Virus record (IMG/VR): IMGVR_UViG_3300028832_000098
Span: 17,241-81,240 of that record
DNA: 64,000 bases
Strand: one strand, 5' to 3'
Source of the DNA: a virus
Lineage: Duplodnaviria; Heunggongvirae; Uroviricota; Caudoviricetes
Positions 1-10,163 of this stretch are shown piece after piece. Position 1 is the stretch's first letter. Every line of letters begins with the position of its first letter. The notes below the pieces were generated by a model. It did no database searches. It saw only the letters and a program-made list of their open reading frames with translations, and was not told the origin of the DNA. Made by a program: the position numbers and the translations under genes.

Positions 1-138
1 CTCATAGTCTAATTGGATTGTGAATAGTGTATTCTTGACTATATGACATAACCCTTGTTCCAACATCTTACGAACCTTTCGGTTTCGTGATGTCGGCATC
101 AAAGGATTGCCATTTATGTCAAGTATATATACTACCAT
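1..138 (-). CDS. iscB: IscB/IsrB-family OMEGA nuclease, N-terminal 46 aa (runs off window edge)
   Basis: Manual translation MVVYILDINGNPLMPTSRNRKVRKMLEQGLCHIVKNTLFTIQLDYE shows the PLMP and RRXRR-type motifs; an omegaRNA-like sequence lies directly upstream. IscB vs IsrB cannot be resolved from this fragment. Confidence 0.9.
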   Translation of the reverse strand, partial: MVVYILDINGNPLMPTSRNRKVRKMLEQGLCHIVKNTLFTIQLDYE

Positions 139-164
139 TTGTTAGTTTATTAAATAGTTAAAAA

Positions 165-454
165 ATAGACTTTTAGTTGCTGTAAGCCGAGAGTCTTAAC
201 TCGTAAAAACATCCATAGACAATGTTATCGTGGAGTTTTGATGCTGACATCACTGCTCCTACCCAACGGAGTTGTTTAAACATCAGCCACAGAGCAAGGG
301 ACTTGGATGAACATCCCTTGGTGTCTATATATTTCCACATAACGTAGTGCAACCATCGCTGAAACTCGTCAGCTGCCGGTCTTACTCAGTCTAATCAACC
401 TTGGGTTCAGCGTTTCCGCCAAACCCACGAATCTTTAGTTCGTGGGTGGTTGAT
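165..454 (-). ncRNA. omegaRNA (HEARO-like) scaffold of an IS200/IS605-superfamily IscB element
   Basis: Minus strand begins ATCAACCACCCACGAACTAAAGATTCGTGGGT (hairpin 423-447) and contains GTTGATTAGACTGAG, CTACGTTA, GGATG..CCAAGTCC, TTAAACA and ATAACATTG blocks typical of IscB omegaRNAs; 3' boundary approximate. Confidence 0.8.
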
Positions 455-481
455 AATAGTAATCGTTTATTAAAATTATCT

Positions 482-691
482 TCAGGCATCTTTATTTTGT
501 AAATCTTCAAAATTCTTTAATATCTTATCATCTGGACATATACAGTCAACGTAACAACTATCAAAATCATATCTTGTAAGCTTGTTATACTTACACCCAC
601 TACATACAATACTACCTACCCTCAATACAAAATCTGCGTGTGGACATTGTTTAAGACAAGCTTGATTCTTTATTTTACTTTCTATTATCAT
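482..691 (-). CDS. small Cys-rich hypothetical protein
   Basis: 69 aa ORF with several CxxC-like pairs. Confidence 0.6.
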   Translation of the reverse strand: MIIESKIKNQACLKQCPHADFVLRVGSIVCSGCKYNKLTRYDFDSCYVDCICPDDKILKNFEDLQNKDA

Positions 692-1226
692 TTGCTTGAT
701 TATTTAAAAAATTGTACATATCTTCAGGAGCTTTTAATGCGAGGCCTTTCTTAATTAAACCTCTGAAGTCGAAGTGATGTGAGTTGAGCCAATCAATTCC
801 TCGCCAGTTTTCTAATGGCGAAGTTCTTGTCTTTTGGAAAATCACTTGATAATGTTCTGGGTCACGTACTAATGAACAATGAATATTTATGAAACCCTTT
901 CCTGTACAACGGAAGCCAACTATCTTATAAATATCGTCATAAGCAAAGTCATATTTAGCATAGGAAATTAAATCCTCATCAGTCATACTTTCTAATGGGC
1001 GCAAATATGGTCTAATTGTACTTAGTTTACATTTTTGTGTAAGACCAAGTGTACAATAATCATATCCAATGTTTGTCAATGGACCGACGGCTTCCCTGTC
1101 TATAATATACTTATCTTTGTCTATATCAAAGTACCTGTTTATTCCTTTGCATATTACGCCGTACGACAGTCTCGCCGAAAGGTCTCTTAATAATAATTCA
1201 TTTTCTTCTGTTGTCATAATTTTCAA
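675..1226 (-). CDS. paralog family A protein
   Basis: LLLRDLSARLSYGV...PYLRPLESMT...IDWLNSHHFDFRGLIKKGLALKAPEDMY. Confidence 0.85.
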   Translation of the reverse strand: MKIMTTEENELLLRDLSARLSYGVICKGINRYFDIDKDKYIIDREAVGPLTNIGYDYCTLGLTQKCKLSTIRPYLRPLESMTDEDLISYAKYDFAYDDIYKIVGFRCTGKGFINIHCSLVRDPEHYQVIFQKTRTSPLENWRGIDWLNSHHFDFRGLIKKGLALKAPEDMYNFLNNQANDNRK

Positions 1227-1242
1227 TCTTAATAAACAGTTC

Positions 1243-1683
1243 TTACTTATTCAATAATTTGAAAAATTGTTTGTCTTTATGGTATATGTTTTTCTCATCA
1301 AGAAGTCCTTCCTTCCATAACGATTCATCAACGCTTGTATAACAGTCCTTATAAATACTCTCAAGAATTCTGAATAGTGAAAACCTTATAAGTTTCCTAT
1401 CTCTTTCACTCCCATCAAAATTTGAATTAGCCAATGTCCTACAGATATGTTTATTATAATCAGAAAATTCAATTTGATTAAAAGTATTCTTCCTGAAATA
1501 AACAAACAATGTTGCAACTGTACAATGTCCTGTGTAATCTTTTCCCTCTACTAATTTACCCAACGCATACTTAAATACAAACATCGCCTTGCCACAAAAT
1601 TGTTCGGAAGTATCAAGCGTATAGCTAATCTTTCCTCCGAGATTCTTAATCTCCTCCTCAACGAGATTCATATAAGCTTCCAT
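1243..1683 (-). CDS. hypothetical protein, paralog of 21175-21603
   Basis: Shared LGGK..GKAMF..KDYT..VAT..VY block. Confidence 0.75.
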   Translation of the reverse strand: MEAYMNLVEEEIKNLGGKISYTLDTSEQFCGKAMFVFKYALGKLVEGKDYTGHCTVATLFVYFRKNTFNQIEFSDYNKHICRTLANSNFDGSERDRKLIRFSLFRILESIYKDCYTSVDESLWKEGLLDEKNIYHKDKQFFKLLNK

Positions 1684-1738
1684 AATCCTATTCTTTTTTG
1701 TGATATTTGTTCATATCGCTTTAATATTATTCTCTCAT

Positions 1739-1972
1739 TTATCTCATCAGACCTCTTGAATGAAGGAGTTTAATAAGATTATCATGGATTTTCTTTTTTC
1801 TCTTTTCTAACTCTTCATCTTTCCACTTTGCCATCTCCATAGCCGCCCTTTGTAGGTCGCTATGATTATAACATCTAACATTTGTATTATAAACGTTCGT
1901 ATGATAGATATTTGACTGTACGCCTATCATTATACCGTTAGCTATCAGCTCTGCTTTCTCCTTGTTTTTCAT
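1739..1972 (-). CDS. small hypothetical protein (AMEMAKWKDE motif)
   Basis: Motif shared with 14641-14898 and 35737-36024. Confidence 0.7.
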   Translation of the reverse strand: MKNKEKAELIANGIMIGVQSNIYHTNVYNTNVRCYNHSDLQRAAMEMAKWKDEELEKRKKKIHDNLIKLLHSRGLMR

Positions 1973-2756
1973 AATTATTTTTTTTATTATTATACATATC
2001 GTCAGGAGCTTTTAATGCGAGTCCTTTCGCAATCAACCCTCTGTAATCAAAGTAACGTCCATTAAGAAAATCATATAGTATCTCGATATTGTTAGGTACA
2101 GGGCTGAACACTCCTTTAACAAGCTCACGATACTTATTAAATTCTTCTTCGGTCATTGATTGCATCGGACGAAGATATGGCCTGCAGCTGCTTATAAGAG
2201 GATGATACATGTCAGTATAAATAATCAGACTGTTATCAAGTCCGTCTCTTTTTTCCTTTACGAATATGTCATAAGGTAATCTTGCGAACAAGTCCTTACG
2301 CAGCAACTCAGACTCTTCACTTGACAATTCATCTTTTTCAACGGTGCCTTCAGATTTCGCATACATTCCTTCAGGAGCTTCCAGAGCGAGACCCTTTTCA
2401 ATTAAATGATTATAATCGAAATGATTTTCATTAAGCCACGTAATGACTTTGGAACACCATTCAGGATTTATTTTGCTTATATCATCCGTAAATGTCAAAG
2501 CCTCATAAATGCTTTTCTCCATGTCCGTCATACTTGACATCGGACGAAGAAACAACTTGACATGGTCTTGCGTGAACCTGAACGCGCCGCTGTCCACTTT
2601 CGCAATAAGAGGCTTGTCGTTATTTTCAGGCTCGATACCTATTAGTTCGCAAGTGTAATGACTTTTAGTCGCCTTAGCATAGAAATCTAATTTTACGCCG
2701 TATGGAAGCCTTGCTATCAGGTCTCTCATCAGCAATGTTTCATTTTCTGCAGTCAT
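1938..2756 (-). CDS. paralog family A protein with two tandem domains
   Basis: Two DL.ARLPY...LRPM.SMT...FDY..LI.KGLAL.AP..MY units. Confidence 0.85.
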   Translation of the reverse strand: MTAENETLLMRDLIARLPYGVKLDFYAKATKSHYTCELIGIEPENNDKPLIAKVDSGAFRFTQDHVKLFLRPMSSMTDMEKSIYEALTFTDDISKINPEWCSKVITWLNENHFDYNHLIEKGLALEAPEGMYAKSEGTVEKDELSSEESELLRKDLFARLPYDIFVKEKRDGLDNSLIIYTDMYHPLISSCRPYLRPMQSMTEEEFNKYRELVKGVFSPVPNNIEILYDFLNGRYFDYRGLIAKGLALKAPDDMYNNKKNNYEKQGESRADS

Positions 2757-2771
2757 AATTATTCTTTTAAG

Positions 2772-3230
2772 TTATATTTTATACATATCTTTCGGGGCTT
2801 CAAGAGCAAGCCCCTTATGAATAAGTTCTCTATAATCTATGTAGATAGAGTCCAGGTAGTCGCATATTTTGCCGATGGTATCAGCATACCTGCCTGTTAA
2901 GAAATGGAATCTGATACCTTTCACATCATTTATCGAAATCCAGTCTTCATCGGTGCCATCCGGATTAACCTTCGCAATTTTGAAAAGCTTATCCATTTCA
3001 TTCTCCGTTATTGAGGATACCGGGCGGAGGTAGGGCTTGCATGTTTCTATGTCAAAAATATCGGTGTCTGTTCCGTTATAATTCCAAATGACACATTCGT
3101 CGTCATTTATATTAACAGATTCAAGCTTTCCGATATTGTCCCCGTAATCATCTTCGTGGTATAATTTTACACCATACGGCAACCTCGCGCAAAGGTCTTT
3201 TAATAGCAACTGTTTTTCTTCTGCTGTCAT
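2772..3230 (-). CDS. paralog family A protein
   Basis: MTAEEKQLLLKDLCARLPYGVK...KGLALEAPKDMY. Confidence 0.85.
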   Translation of the reverse strand: MTAEEKQLLLKDLCARLPYGVKLYHEDDYGDNIGKLESVNINDDECVIWNYNGTDTDIFDIETCKPYLRPVSSITENEMDKLFKIAKVNPDGTDEDWISINDVKGIRFHFLTGRYADTIGKICDYLDSIYIDYRELIHKGLALEAPKDMYKI

Positions 3231-3234
3231 AATT

Positions 3235-3501
3235 TTATGCGGTTATAGTATTATTTTTTAAGAATGGGCAATTATCCAATACACCTGTTTCAGGATTACG
3301 ATAGTCACGATGTTCGTTCTCAAACAACCACAGTTCTATATATTCATTTGTTCGTTCGCACTCGGTATGTGTCGGTGAATAATCATCATCAACAAACTTT
3401 TTAAGTGGGCAATTGTCGCAGTTGTCAAATTCTATTATGTATCTGAACTTATTTGTATGTTTAGTATTATTTTCCATATCTGTATTATTTTTTATTTTCA
3501 A
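3235..3501 (-). CDS. Cys-containing hypothetical protein
   Basis: 88 aa ORF, CDNCPL motif. Confidence 0.6.
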   Translation of the reverse strand: MKIKNNTDMENNTKHTNKFRYIIEFDNCDNCPLKKFVDDDYSPTHTECERTNEYIELWLFENEHRDYRNPETGVLDNCPFLKNNTITA

Positions 3502-3517
3502 GTGTATAGTTCATTTG

Positions 3518-3922
3518 TTATATCAAATTTCTTTTTTTAAGCTTAGCTATCATTTCTACACAAGCATCAACAGCATCGAGGTGCCTGTTCGAATACACAT
3601 CAAAATAACGTGCTTCATAAGATGCTATATAATAATATGTTTTCATACCATCAGTCTGTTTATTAAGTGAAACTTCTAATGGTAAAATACCAAGCAATGC
3701 CGAAAGACTCCAAGCAGGAACCAATTTTACATTAAATGTTGTTTTTAACGAATCCTGTGTTCTTTTAATAGATGCTATTGCTTCTTTAGTTGTAAGCATA
3801 GCCAATCTATATTCCTCACCAGATATAGACTCCCATTGCATGTCTGCTGTGTTTGGGTCTATTCTCAACTCAGTAGTTAGTTTGATACTTTGCTCCAATG
3901 ATGTCGCTATCTTTGTTTCCAT
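3518..3922 (-). CDS. phage hypothetical protein (TSLEQS...PAWSLSALL type), possibly a distant relative of family B
   Basis: 134 aa ORF with the same overall layout as family B. Confidence 0.7.
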   Translation of the reverse strand: METKIATSLEQSIKLTTELRIDPNTADMQWESISGEEYRLAMLTTKEAIASIKRTQDSLKTTFNVKLVPAWSLSALLGILPLEVSLNKQTDGMKTYYYIASYEARYFDVYSNRHLDAVDACVEMIAKLKKRNLI

Positions 3923-3926
3923 AGTT

Positions 3927-5201
3927 TTATTCTTTTAGTAGTTTTTGTAAGTCTTCGTATAGAGAGGAAAGCACTCCGGTATCTTGTCTCCATGTTGTGC
4001 CTCCAAAAGTTAAGAAGTTGTTAAGAGTCTGCATTTGCTCTTCACTGGGTTTCCATTGAGGTTTGAATGATTTCAGTAATGATTTTAGTTTGGTTATAAA
4101 TGTAATAAATCCTTTTTGAGTCGCTTTCCCCGTATTACTGTTTTCAATAAGATAAACCAAATTATTGAACAGATTTTCATCCTCCTCACTCCAATAAGAC
4201 TTCTGTCCACCTTGCTTTTCAAGTTTCTTTCGCATATAACGGTACACTTTCTCCCAATTCGAATCAAGTATTGATTTTTCCAAATCTTCGCATTCCATGT
4301 TTGACATATTCATAGCTCCTGCGTATCTGTTATCGTCAAGATATTTAGTGAGTGAAGATGCAATGCCTCTGCAAATGGATTTATTCATTTCTTCTGGAGA
4401 AATTGAATTGCTATTACCTTCTTTTTCAAGGGATTCTAAGTCAGATAAATGAAGCCAATATAAGACATCGGTATCTTTTACTTTACCGGACCATCTGTAT
4501 TGACACCATTCTTCGCCAAGCCATTCTCCTTCTGCTACGCCATGAGTTGTAAGCATAAGAACGGAATGCTTTATTTGTGGCTTATTATCTGGGCGATTTT
4601 CTCTCCATCCAGTAACATAAGGATAGTCTAATCGTTTTTGTTCTCCTTGCTTTTCAAGCCAAGTAATTGCCTTATCTACAAAATCAACACTATCTTCATC
4701 TAAGTTATGATGCTTAATCTTGATTTCGTTAATAATCCATTTTCTTATCTCCTTATCCTCGCTCTCATTGAGTTCGGATGTTGAATTATCTTTAAGTATC
4801 CTCTCATCTTGTTTTTCAATCTTTACAACTCTATTTCTTTTTAATGATTTAAGCCAATTTTCAGCAAACCAAAGATTACCCATATCATTTTCATCTTTAG
4901 CAACAAGTCTTGCTTTTCCTATTGCAAATAGTACGTCATTATATCCAATCTCATCCTCCTCACTCCAAGAAGGCTTCTGTTCTCCTTGTTTTTCAAGCCA
5001 GGAAATTGCGGATTCTTTATCTATTTGAGAATAATGGCTATCACCATATTGTAGGACAAACTTAATAAGGTCTTTCCTCATCTTTTCATCTTTACTCTCT
5101 TTTAGCTCCGGAATTAAGGTTTCCAGAGCCTCACGTAACATTGTGAAACCACTGTGAGGCCAATTCTTTTTTATAACTTCTATTGCTTCTTGTCTTTCCA
5201 T
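3927..5201 (-). CDS. modular protein with KDE.IRK..WLEKQGEQK / WSEEDE repeats
   Basis: 424 aa ORF; repeats shared with the N-terminus of 7202-10159. Confidence 0.8.
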   Translation of the reverse strand: MERQEAIEVIKKNWPHSGFTMLREALETLIPELKESKDEKMRKDLIKFVLQYGDSHYSQIDKESAISWLEKQGEQKPSWSEEDEIGYNDVLFAIGKARLVAKDENDMGNLWFAENWLKSLKRNRVVKIEKQDERILKDNSTSELNESEDKEIRKWIINEIKIKHHNLDEDSVDFVDKAITWLEKQGEQKRLDYPYVTGWRENRPDNKPQIKHSVLMLTTHGVAEGEWLGEEWCQYRWSGKVKDTDVLYWLHLSDLESLEKEGNSNSISPEEMNKSICRGIASSLTKYLDDNRYAGAMNMSNMECEDLEKSILDSNWEKVYRYMRKKLEKQGGQKSYWSEEDENLFNNLVYLIENSNTGKATQKGFITFITKLKSLLKSFKPQWKPSEEQMQTLNNFLTFGGTTWRQDTGVLSSLYEDLQKLLKE

Positions 5202-5250
5202 ATCCTTTATATTTTAATTTTCTTCTTTGTAATTTTTACACTTTCAACAG

Positions 5251-5403
5251 CTATTCTCCACTGCTTAATCCTATTGTAGATGGCTGCTCAATCAAACCTT
5301 TATTTTTTAATTCTTGTTCCATTTCAAATGGGTCAGTATCTGTTGCTTCAGCCATAAGCATTGTGAATAGCAAATCAATTTGTCCGTCTGCTAAATTTTC
5401 CAT
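5251..5403 (-). CDS. small hypothetical protein (50 aa, not in ORF track)
   Basis: Manual translation MENLADGQIDLLFTMLMAE... Confidence 0.45.
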   Translation of the reverse strand: MENLADGQIDLLFTMLMAEATDTDPFEMEQELKNKGLIEQPSTIGLSSGE

Positions 5404-5782
5404 ATATCAATTTTTAATTGTACATATTGTATCATTTTTAATAAATTATATAAAATTTATAAAGAATGTTTATGAGTTATTTCTAACATCAATGGCGAAA
5501 CAACATCACCTCTATCACGTAAGAGCAATATTTGCTCATCTGTGACTACTTTTACTTTTTTAAGTCTCTATGATTCTATTCTTTCGAACAGTCTTGAGAA
5601 TTCATGTATTGGTCATTCCGAATCCTTGATGATTTTACACTACTAAGGAAATGTTTTAGTAGCAACCTTATATCATTTCAATGTACTAACTAAAAAATTT
5701 TATATAAAACTAAACTATAAAGTTCTAATAAAATTTATTATATTTATTTAGTTTATCAACTTAAATACATTCTTTGATGTTG

Positions 5783-6160
5783 TTAATGTTTTGTTATTAC
5801 CGAACATATAAGCGGATGTTTTGACACGTCAAGCAAATAATCCTTCTTTGTCCTCGCATTGTCAATTTGAATTTCAGTTCCAAATCCAATATTTAATACA
5901 CGGTTAATGAAACTTAAAAGTCCTATGTTTACATAAAAGCATTTATCATTTATTGGTGAATAGGATATATCCGCAGTTATTTCAAGCAATCTTGAAATTC
6001 TAAGACATAAGTTATGGTCAATAGTTATTGGTTCCTTTAATTCTCCAATACCTATCAAATTTCCAGGTGCGCTCAATATCGCACCGATAAATTTTGTCAC
6101 ATCAGTATTCACATAGAATCCATATTCACACATTCCTGTCATTTTTTGCATATCTTCCAT
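5783..6160 (-). CDS. hypothetical protein
   Basis: 125 aa ORF in the minus-strand gene run. Confidence 0.65.
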   Translation of the reverse strand: MEDMQKMTGMCEYGFYVNTDVTKFIGAILSAPGNLIGIGELKEPITIDHNLCLRISRLLEITADISYSPINDKCFYVNIGLLSFINRVLNIGFGTEIQIDNARTKKDYLLDVSKHPLICSVITKH

Positions 6161-6195
6161 ATATCTCCTATTTTAATTACATATTAAATAACTGT

Positions 6196-6504
6196 TTATA
6201 TCGTAGTATATTCAACCATCTTACCTCTCTGCCATTTCAATCTCTTTCTTTTCAAGAAGTACTTTATATCCTGCAAAGTCCAATTGTGCCATATACCGAC
6301 AGAATCCGCACCACCTAAGTCACCATCCATGATTTGCACCATATCGTTCTCGTCGACGACTGACAGTTTGTAACGCCACTTCTTTTCAAGAGTTTCAGCA
6401 TCTGGTCTTTTGCCGCATCTTTGAGTTATCGATAATGTTAGTAAGTACTGATATGCTTCTTTACCAATCCATATTGAACTTCTCTTTGCCATATCTTTTG
6501 TCAA
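6196..6504 (-). CDS. hypothetical protein
   Basis: 102 aa ORF. Confidence 0.6.
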   Translation of the reverse strand: MTKDMAKRSSIWIGKEAYQYLLTLSITQRCGKRPDAETLEKKWRYKLSVVDENDMVQIMDGDLGGADSVGIWHNWTLQDIKYFLKRKRLKWQRGKMVEYTTI

Positions 6505-6505
6505 T

Positions 6506-6766
6506 TTAATTTTTGTTACTTGTCATATTTTCTTGGGAACCTTCTTCATCACATCCTGTGAAAAGTACGCCATCTTTGAAATACTCTACACACCAGAACA
6601 GCCATCCTAACCTCACATAGGCGTTGCCTTTGCGCATGATGTTCATGATATTGGTGACTGAAAAGAATGGTATAATATTACATTCCTCTGTTCGCCATAT
6701 TCCAATATAATCTCTTTGATATGAATCTGGCTTTAAATAAAAGCGTTTTAATAGTTTAGGTATCAT
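6506..6766 (-). CDS. hypothetical protein
   Basis: 86 aa ORF, tightly packed. Confidence 0.6.
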   Translation of the reverse strand: MIPKLLKRFYLKPDSYQRDYIGIWRTEECNIIPFFSVTNIMNIMRKGNAYVRLGWLFWCVEYFKDGVLFTGCDEEGSQENMTSNKN

Positions 6767-6768
6767 AA

Positions 6769-6954
6769 TTATTTCTCCTCATTTAATTTTTCTACAATGA
6801 TGAAATGTCTGTTTATGTTACCGTCTTTTCTTTTACATGGTAAAAGAGGCTTTGTCTTCTCACAAATTTTGAGCAATGCACAAAATAAGCAGTCTGATTC
6901 AGAACGGTTATCCTCAACCTCTTCATAAATATTTCCAAACAATTCAAATGCCAT
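6769..6954 (-). CDS. small Cys-rich hypothetical protein
   Basis: CLFCALLKIC motif. Confidence 0.6.
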   Translation of the reverse strand: MAFELFGNIYEEVEDNRSESDCLFCALLKICEKTKPLLPCKRKDGNINRHFIIVEKLNEEK

Positions 6955-6964
6955 AGTTATAAAT

Positions 6965-7177
6965 TTAATTGTTATTTACAAATAAGCTGAACAATTGGGA
7001 CGGGGTTATGTGAAATTTTCGATTGAGAATATTGTCACTCCTTCCAACGTATGTGTCAGCGCCTATGTATTCAAGCCAATAAGTGTTTCCTTCTTTAAAC
7101 TCATTGAAGGATTTTTGGCACGTAATGAATTTTCCGCTGACAAAATCATTTTTTCTTTTTTCTTCTTGTGAAATCAT
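6965..7177 (-). CDS. hypothetical protein
   Basis: 70 aa ORF. Confidence 0.6.
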   Translation of the reverse strand: MISQEEKRKNDFVSGKFITCQKSFNEFKEGNTYWLEYIGADTYVGRSDNILNRKFHITPSQLFSLFVNNN

Positions 7178-7201
7178 AACATTTACTTTTTGTTTGTGTC
7201 A

Positions 7202-10159
7202 TTACTTATAGTTTATTTCCTTTACCATCTCTTTCTTTTTGGCATCCCATTCGTAGCCGGCTTCTTTCATCTTATGAAATAGCAGGTCACGCTCTTCTTT
7301 GGTGGCAGGGCAGACCTCAATGCCATCTTCAATAGCATGAAACTTACCGCAATCCCTTCCATTGGTAAGCCTAAATGCTCCAGTTGCATGGGCAAAACAA
7401 TGGCTGATATAAACAGTCGGTGATGTAGGAAAACTTTTAAATATTGCTCCTTTAAATAGGAAATACGTATTTCCGATTGCAAGTACATCACCTTCTTTTG
7501 CATCTTCGATAGTCCAGAGATGACAAATTTTATCTATAAAATCAATAGGCTGAGTTTCTTTGGTACCATTGTCAGTAAATTCAATTTCATACTTATCACC
7601 GTCAATGTTTACTATAAACATGGGATGAAATCCTTCATGAAAAATCCACTGTCCTTTCTGAAACTTTGGACCAACCTTGTCAACAGGTTCCTGATTACAT
7701 TGTTTTCTTAATTCTTTATTTTTAGCATTCCATTCGTAGCCTGCTTCTTTCATCTTTTGAAAGAATAGGTTACGTTGTTCTTTAGTGGCAGGATGAGCTC
7801 CTTCTATGTCATGGAAACCTTCTCTATTTTCGAAAGATTGAGTACAGTGCCCTACAAGTCCGTAACTGCAAAAATTCTCTTTATTGTAAATACTTTTGAA
7901 TAAAGCAAGACACATACTACCATCCCATGCCAGTACATCTCCTTCTTTTGCATCTTCGATAGTCCAAAGACGACAGTTATTTTCATTATCAAAACCAATG
8001 GAATACTGTTTTCCTGTTTCGCCATTATACGAGATTACCTCATACCAAGACTCGCAAACCTCTATAATTTTGTATACGCTTACATCATTATGCACAATCC
8101 AGTCACCTACCTTGAACTTTGGGTAAGCCCTAACGATAGATTCCTGATTACATTGTTTTCTCAATTCCTTATTTTTAGCATCCCATTCGTAACCGGCGTC
8201 TTCAATCTTTTGAAGTAGTAAGTCACGTTGTTCGTTGGTAGCAGGACGGAAAGCTGTCTTATTTTGTAAAGTTTCTACATGAAAACTTGGATTGTACCCC
8301 ATATAATGATATGTACAGTGACATCTAATATTCAATCCGGCAATGTTTTTGAATAGTACATAACATTCGTGACCTGCAAGTACATCACCATCCTTTGCAT
8401 CTTCGATAGTCCAAAGATTGAAGTCGCTGTCTATACAATCAATGCCGGAAAAACGTTTGGTGCCGTCAATGAATTCAAATTCATACCTATTATTTTTGAT
8501 GTCCGTTATAAGTATAGGGTTAAATCCTTCACCTATAACCCAGTCCCCTACTTTGAATTTTGGTCCAACTTTATTAGATTCCGGATGGCTTCGTTTTCTC
8601 AATTCCTTATTTTTAGCGTCCCATTCATATCCTGCCTCCATCATCTTTTGGAATAATATGTCACGCTGTTCCTTGGTTGCTATTTTAATAGTTTTTGATT
8701 TAATAGTTCCGCAATGTAGGTTATCTTTTTGAATAATAATTTCATCTGAACGAAAATTATAACAAGCATAAAAATCAATAACATCATTCCAAACATCATT
8801 ACCAATTTTTCTAAAGATAGTTATTGAATCATCATCAGCCAGCACATCACCATTCCTTGCATCTTCAATAGTCCAATGATGATAGTTATTATCCAATGGT
8901 AAACAAGGATAATGAGTGATACCATCAACGTCCTCCAATGACAAATATCCGCAACTAATATTCTTTATAAAAAATACTTCTTTCTTATCATTATGAACAA
9001 TCCAATCGCCATTATGAAATTTAAAGAAATCTCGTCCTTCTTTGGTTGCTTTAGATACTGAATCACGAAATTTGAATAAATCTCGTTCTTTGATTTCTTC
9101 TTGTGCTGAATTGCCTTTCTTATCAGGCTGATAAACATCATGAACTCTATCATGGAGGCTTTGCAGTTGCTCATGGAGTTCTTCTTCTTTTTCAGTCATT
9201 TTCATACAACATTCCAAGGCAAGAACATCATCGAATGTAAACTTAGGAAATATTACTTTACCATCTTTATTTTGGTTTTCAAGCAAAGCTACAACATCTT
9301 TGCATTTGTCCTTGAAAGATTTAAGCCAAGTGGCAATTCTGCCTGAAGAGACATTATCTCCATTAAATACAGTTATGTTATTAGTCGTGAAAAGTTCGTT
9401 TGGGTGCATATTAGTGAATATAGCTAAGAGTAAATCCACAAACCCATTATCCTCTTCACTCCAAACAAGTTTCTGCTCACCTCGTTTTTCATGTTCAAGA
9501 TAGCATCTTCCTAATTCTGTTATATCTTGACATGATTGAGAAGGTTGAGCTTTCCTGCATTTATCACAAGCCGTTTCTTTCTGCTCACCTTGTTTTTCAG
9601 ACAAAGTCTTACCATATTCCATGGCATCCTTGCATTTGACCTTGATATTGTCATAAAAGTCCTTCAAATCGCCATTATCGGCATACCTTTCAACCATGGC
9701 AGCAATGGACTCAATCGTCGCCTTATATGGATTGTAGTCAGCTTGCTCAACTTGTTTTTCAAGCAAAGCCTTATCATCTTTTATAGAGCATTTGTCTTTA
9801 AAAGATTTGAGCCAATCTATCTGGTCGGAATCAAGTAAGCCGGTTCCGTCTATACATTCAATGATAGATTCAAGCATTTTTCTGTCTTGCCCTTTCAATT
9901 CAGGACTATGGTCAAAACAAAGTTCAACCTTATCGATTTCCTTCTTGTCTTGCTTTTCAATCCAAGCAACCCATTCTTTGGTCGGATAACCGTGTTCATA
10001 AAGGTCTTTGAAATAATCAAGTATTTCTTTCCTTATCTTCTCATCCAAGCTCTCTACAAGTTCTGGAAAGATGGATTCCAATCTTCTTTTTTCTGCACCT
10101 GTCATACACTTTGAGTAGGCCTCTCTCGCTTTCTCTAATAGTTTGTTGTAATTTTCCAT
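7202..10159 (-). CDS. large modular repeat protein (5 x FK.GDW...WTIEDAK.GDVL...PATKEQR..L..KM.EAGYEW units)
   Basis: 985 aa ORF; repeats visible in both protein and DNA. Confidence 0.9.
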   Translation of the reverse strand: MENYNKLLEKAREAYSKCMTGAEKRRLESIFPELVESLDEKIRKEILDYFKDLYEHGYPTKEWVAWIEKQDKKEIDKVELCFDHSPELKGQDRKMLESIIECIDGTGLLDSDQIDWLKSFKDKCSIKDDKALLEKQVEQADYNPYKATIESIAAMVERYADNGDLKDFYDNIKVKCKDAMEYGKTLSEKQGEQKETACDKCRKAQPSQSCQDITELGRCYLEHEKRGEQKLVWSEEDNGFVDLLLAIFTNMHPNELFTTNNITVFNGDNVSSGRIATWLKSFKDKCKDVVALLENQNKDGKVIFPKFTFDDVLALECCMKMTEKEEELHEQLQSLHDRVHDVYQPDKKGNSAQEEIKERDLFKFRDSVSKATKEGRDFFKFHNGDWIVHNDKKEVFFIKNISCGYLSLEDVDGITHYPCLPLDNNYHHWTIEDARNGDVLADDDSITIFRKIGNDVWNDVIDFYACYNFRSDEIIIQKDNLHCGTIKSKTIKIATKEQRDILFQKMMEAGYEWDAKNKELRKRSHPESNKVGPKFKVGDWVIGEGFNPILITDIKNNRYEFEFIDGTKRFSGIDCIDSDFNLWTIEDAKDGDVLAGHECYVLFKNIAGLNIRCHCTYHYMGYNPSFHVETLQNKTAFRPATNEQRDLLLQKIEDAGYEWDAKNKELRKQCNQESIVRAYPKFKVGDWIVHNDVSVYKIIEVCESWYEVISYNGETGKQYSIGFDNENNCRLWTIEDAKEGDVLAWDGSMCLALFKSIYNKENFCSYGLVGHCTQSFENREGFHDIEGAHPATKEQRNLFFQKMKEAGYEWNAKNKELRKQCNQEPVDKVGPKFQKGQWIFHEGFHPMFIVNIDGDKYEIEFTDNGTKETQPIDFIDKICHLWTIEDAKEGDVLAIGNTYFLFKGAIFKSFPTSPTVYISHCFAHATGAFRLTNGRDCGKFHAIEDGIEVCPATKEERDLLFHKMKEAGYEWDAKKKEMVKEINYK

Positions 10160-10163
10160 ATTG

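Larger units (their letters stand above)
1..454 (-). mobile_element. IS200/IS605-like IscB element, one end (partial)
   Basis: omegaRNA plus PLMP ORF; element boundary at ATCAAC (454). Confidence 0.75.

Noticed and set aside
5420-5700. Read-through ORF in the AT-rich gap
   Set aside because: The protein-like frame contains several TAG and TGA stops and no start; at best it is an old relic
7202-10159. Diversity-generating retroelement behind the repeat families
   Set aside because: No reverse transcriptase in the window, and differences between repeats are not restricted to adenine positions and include indels
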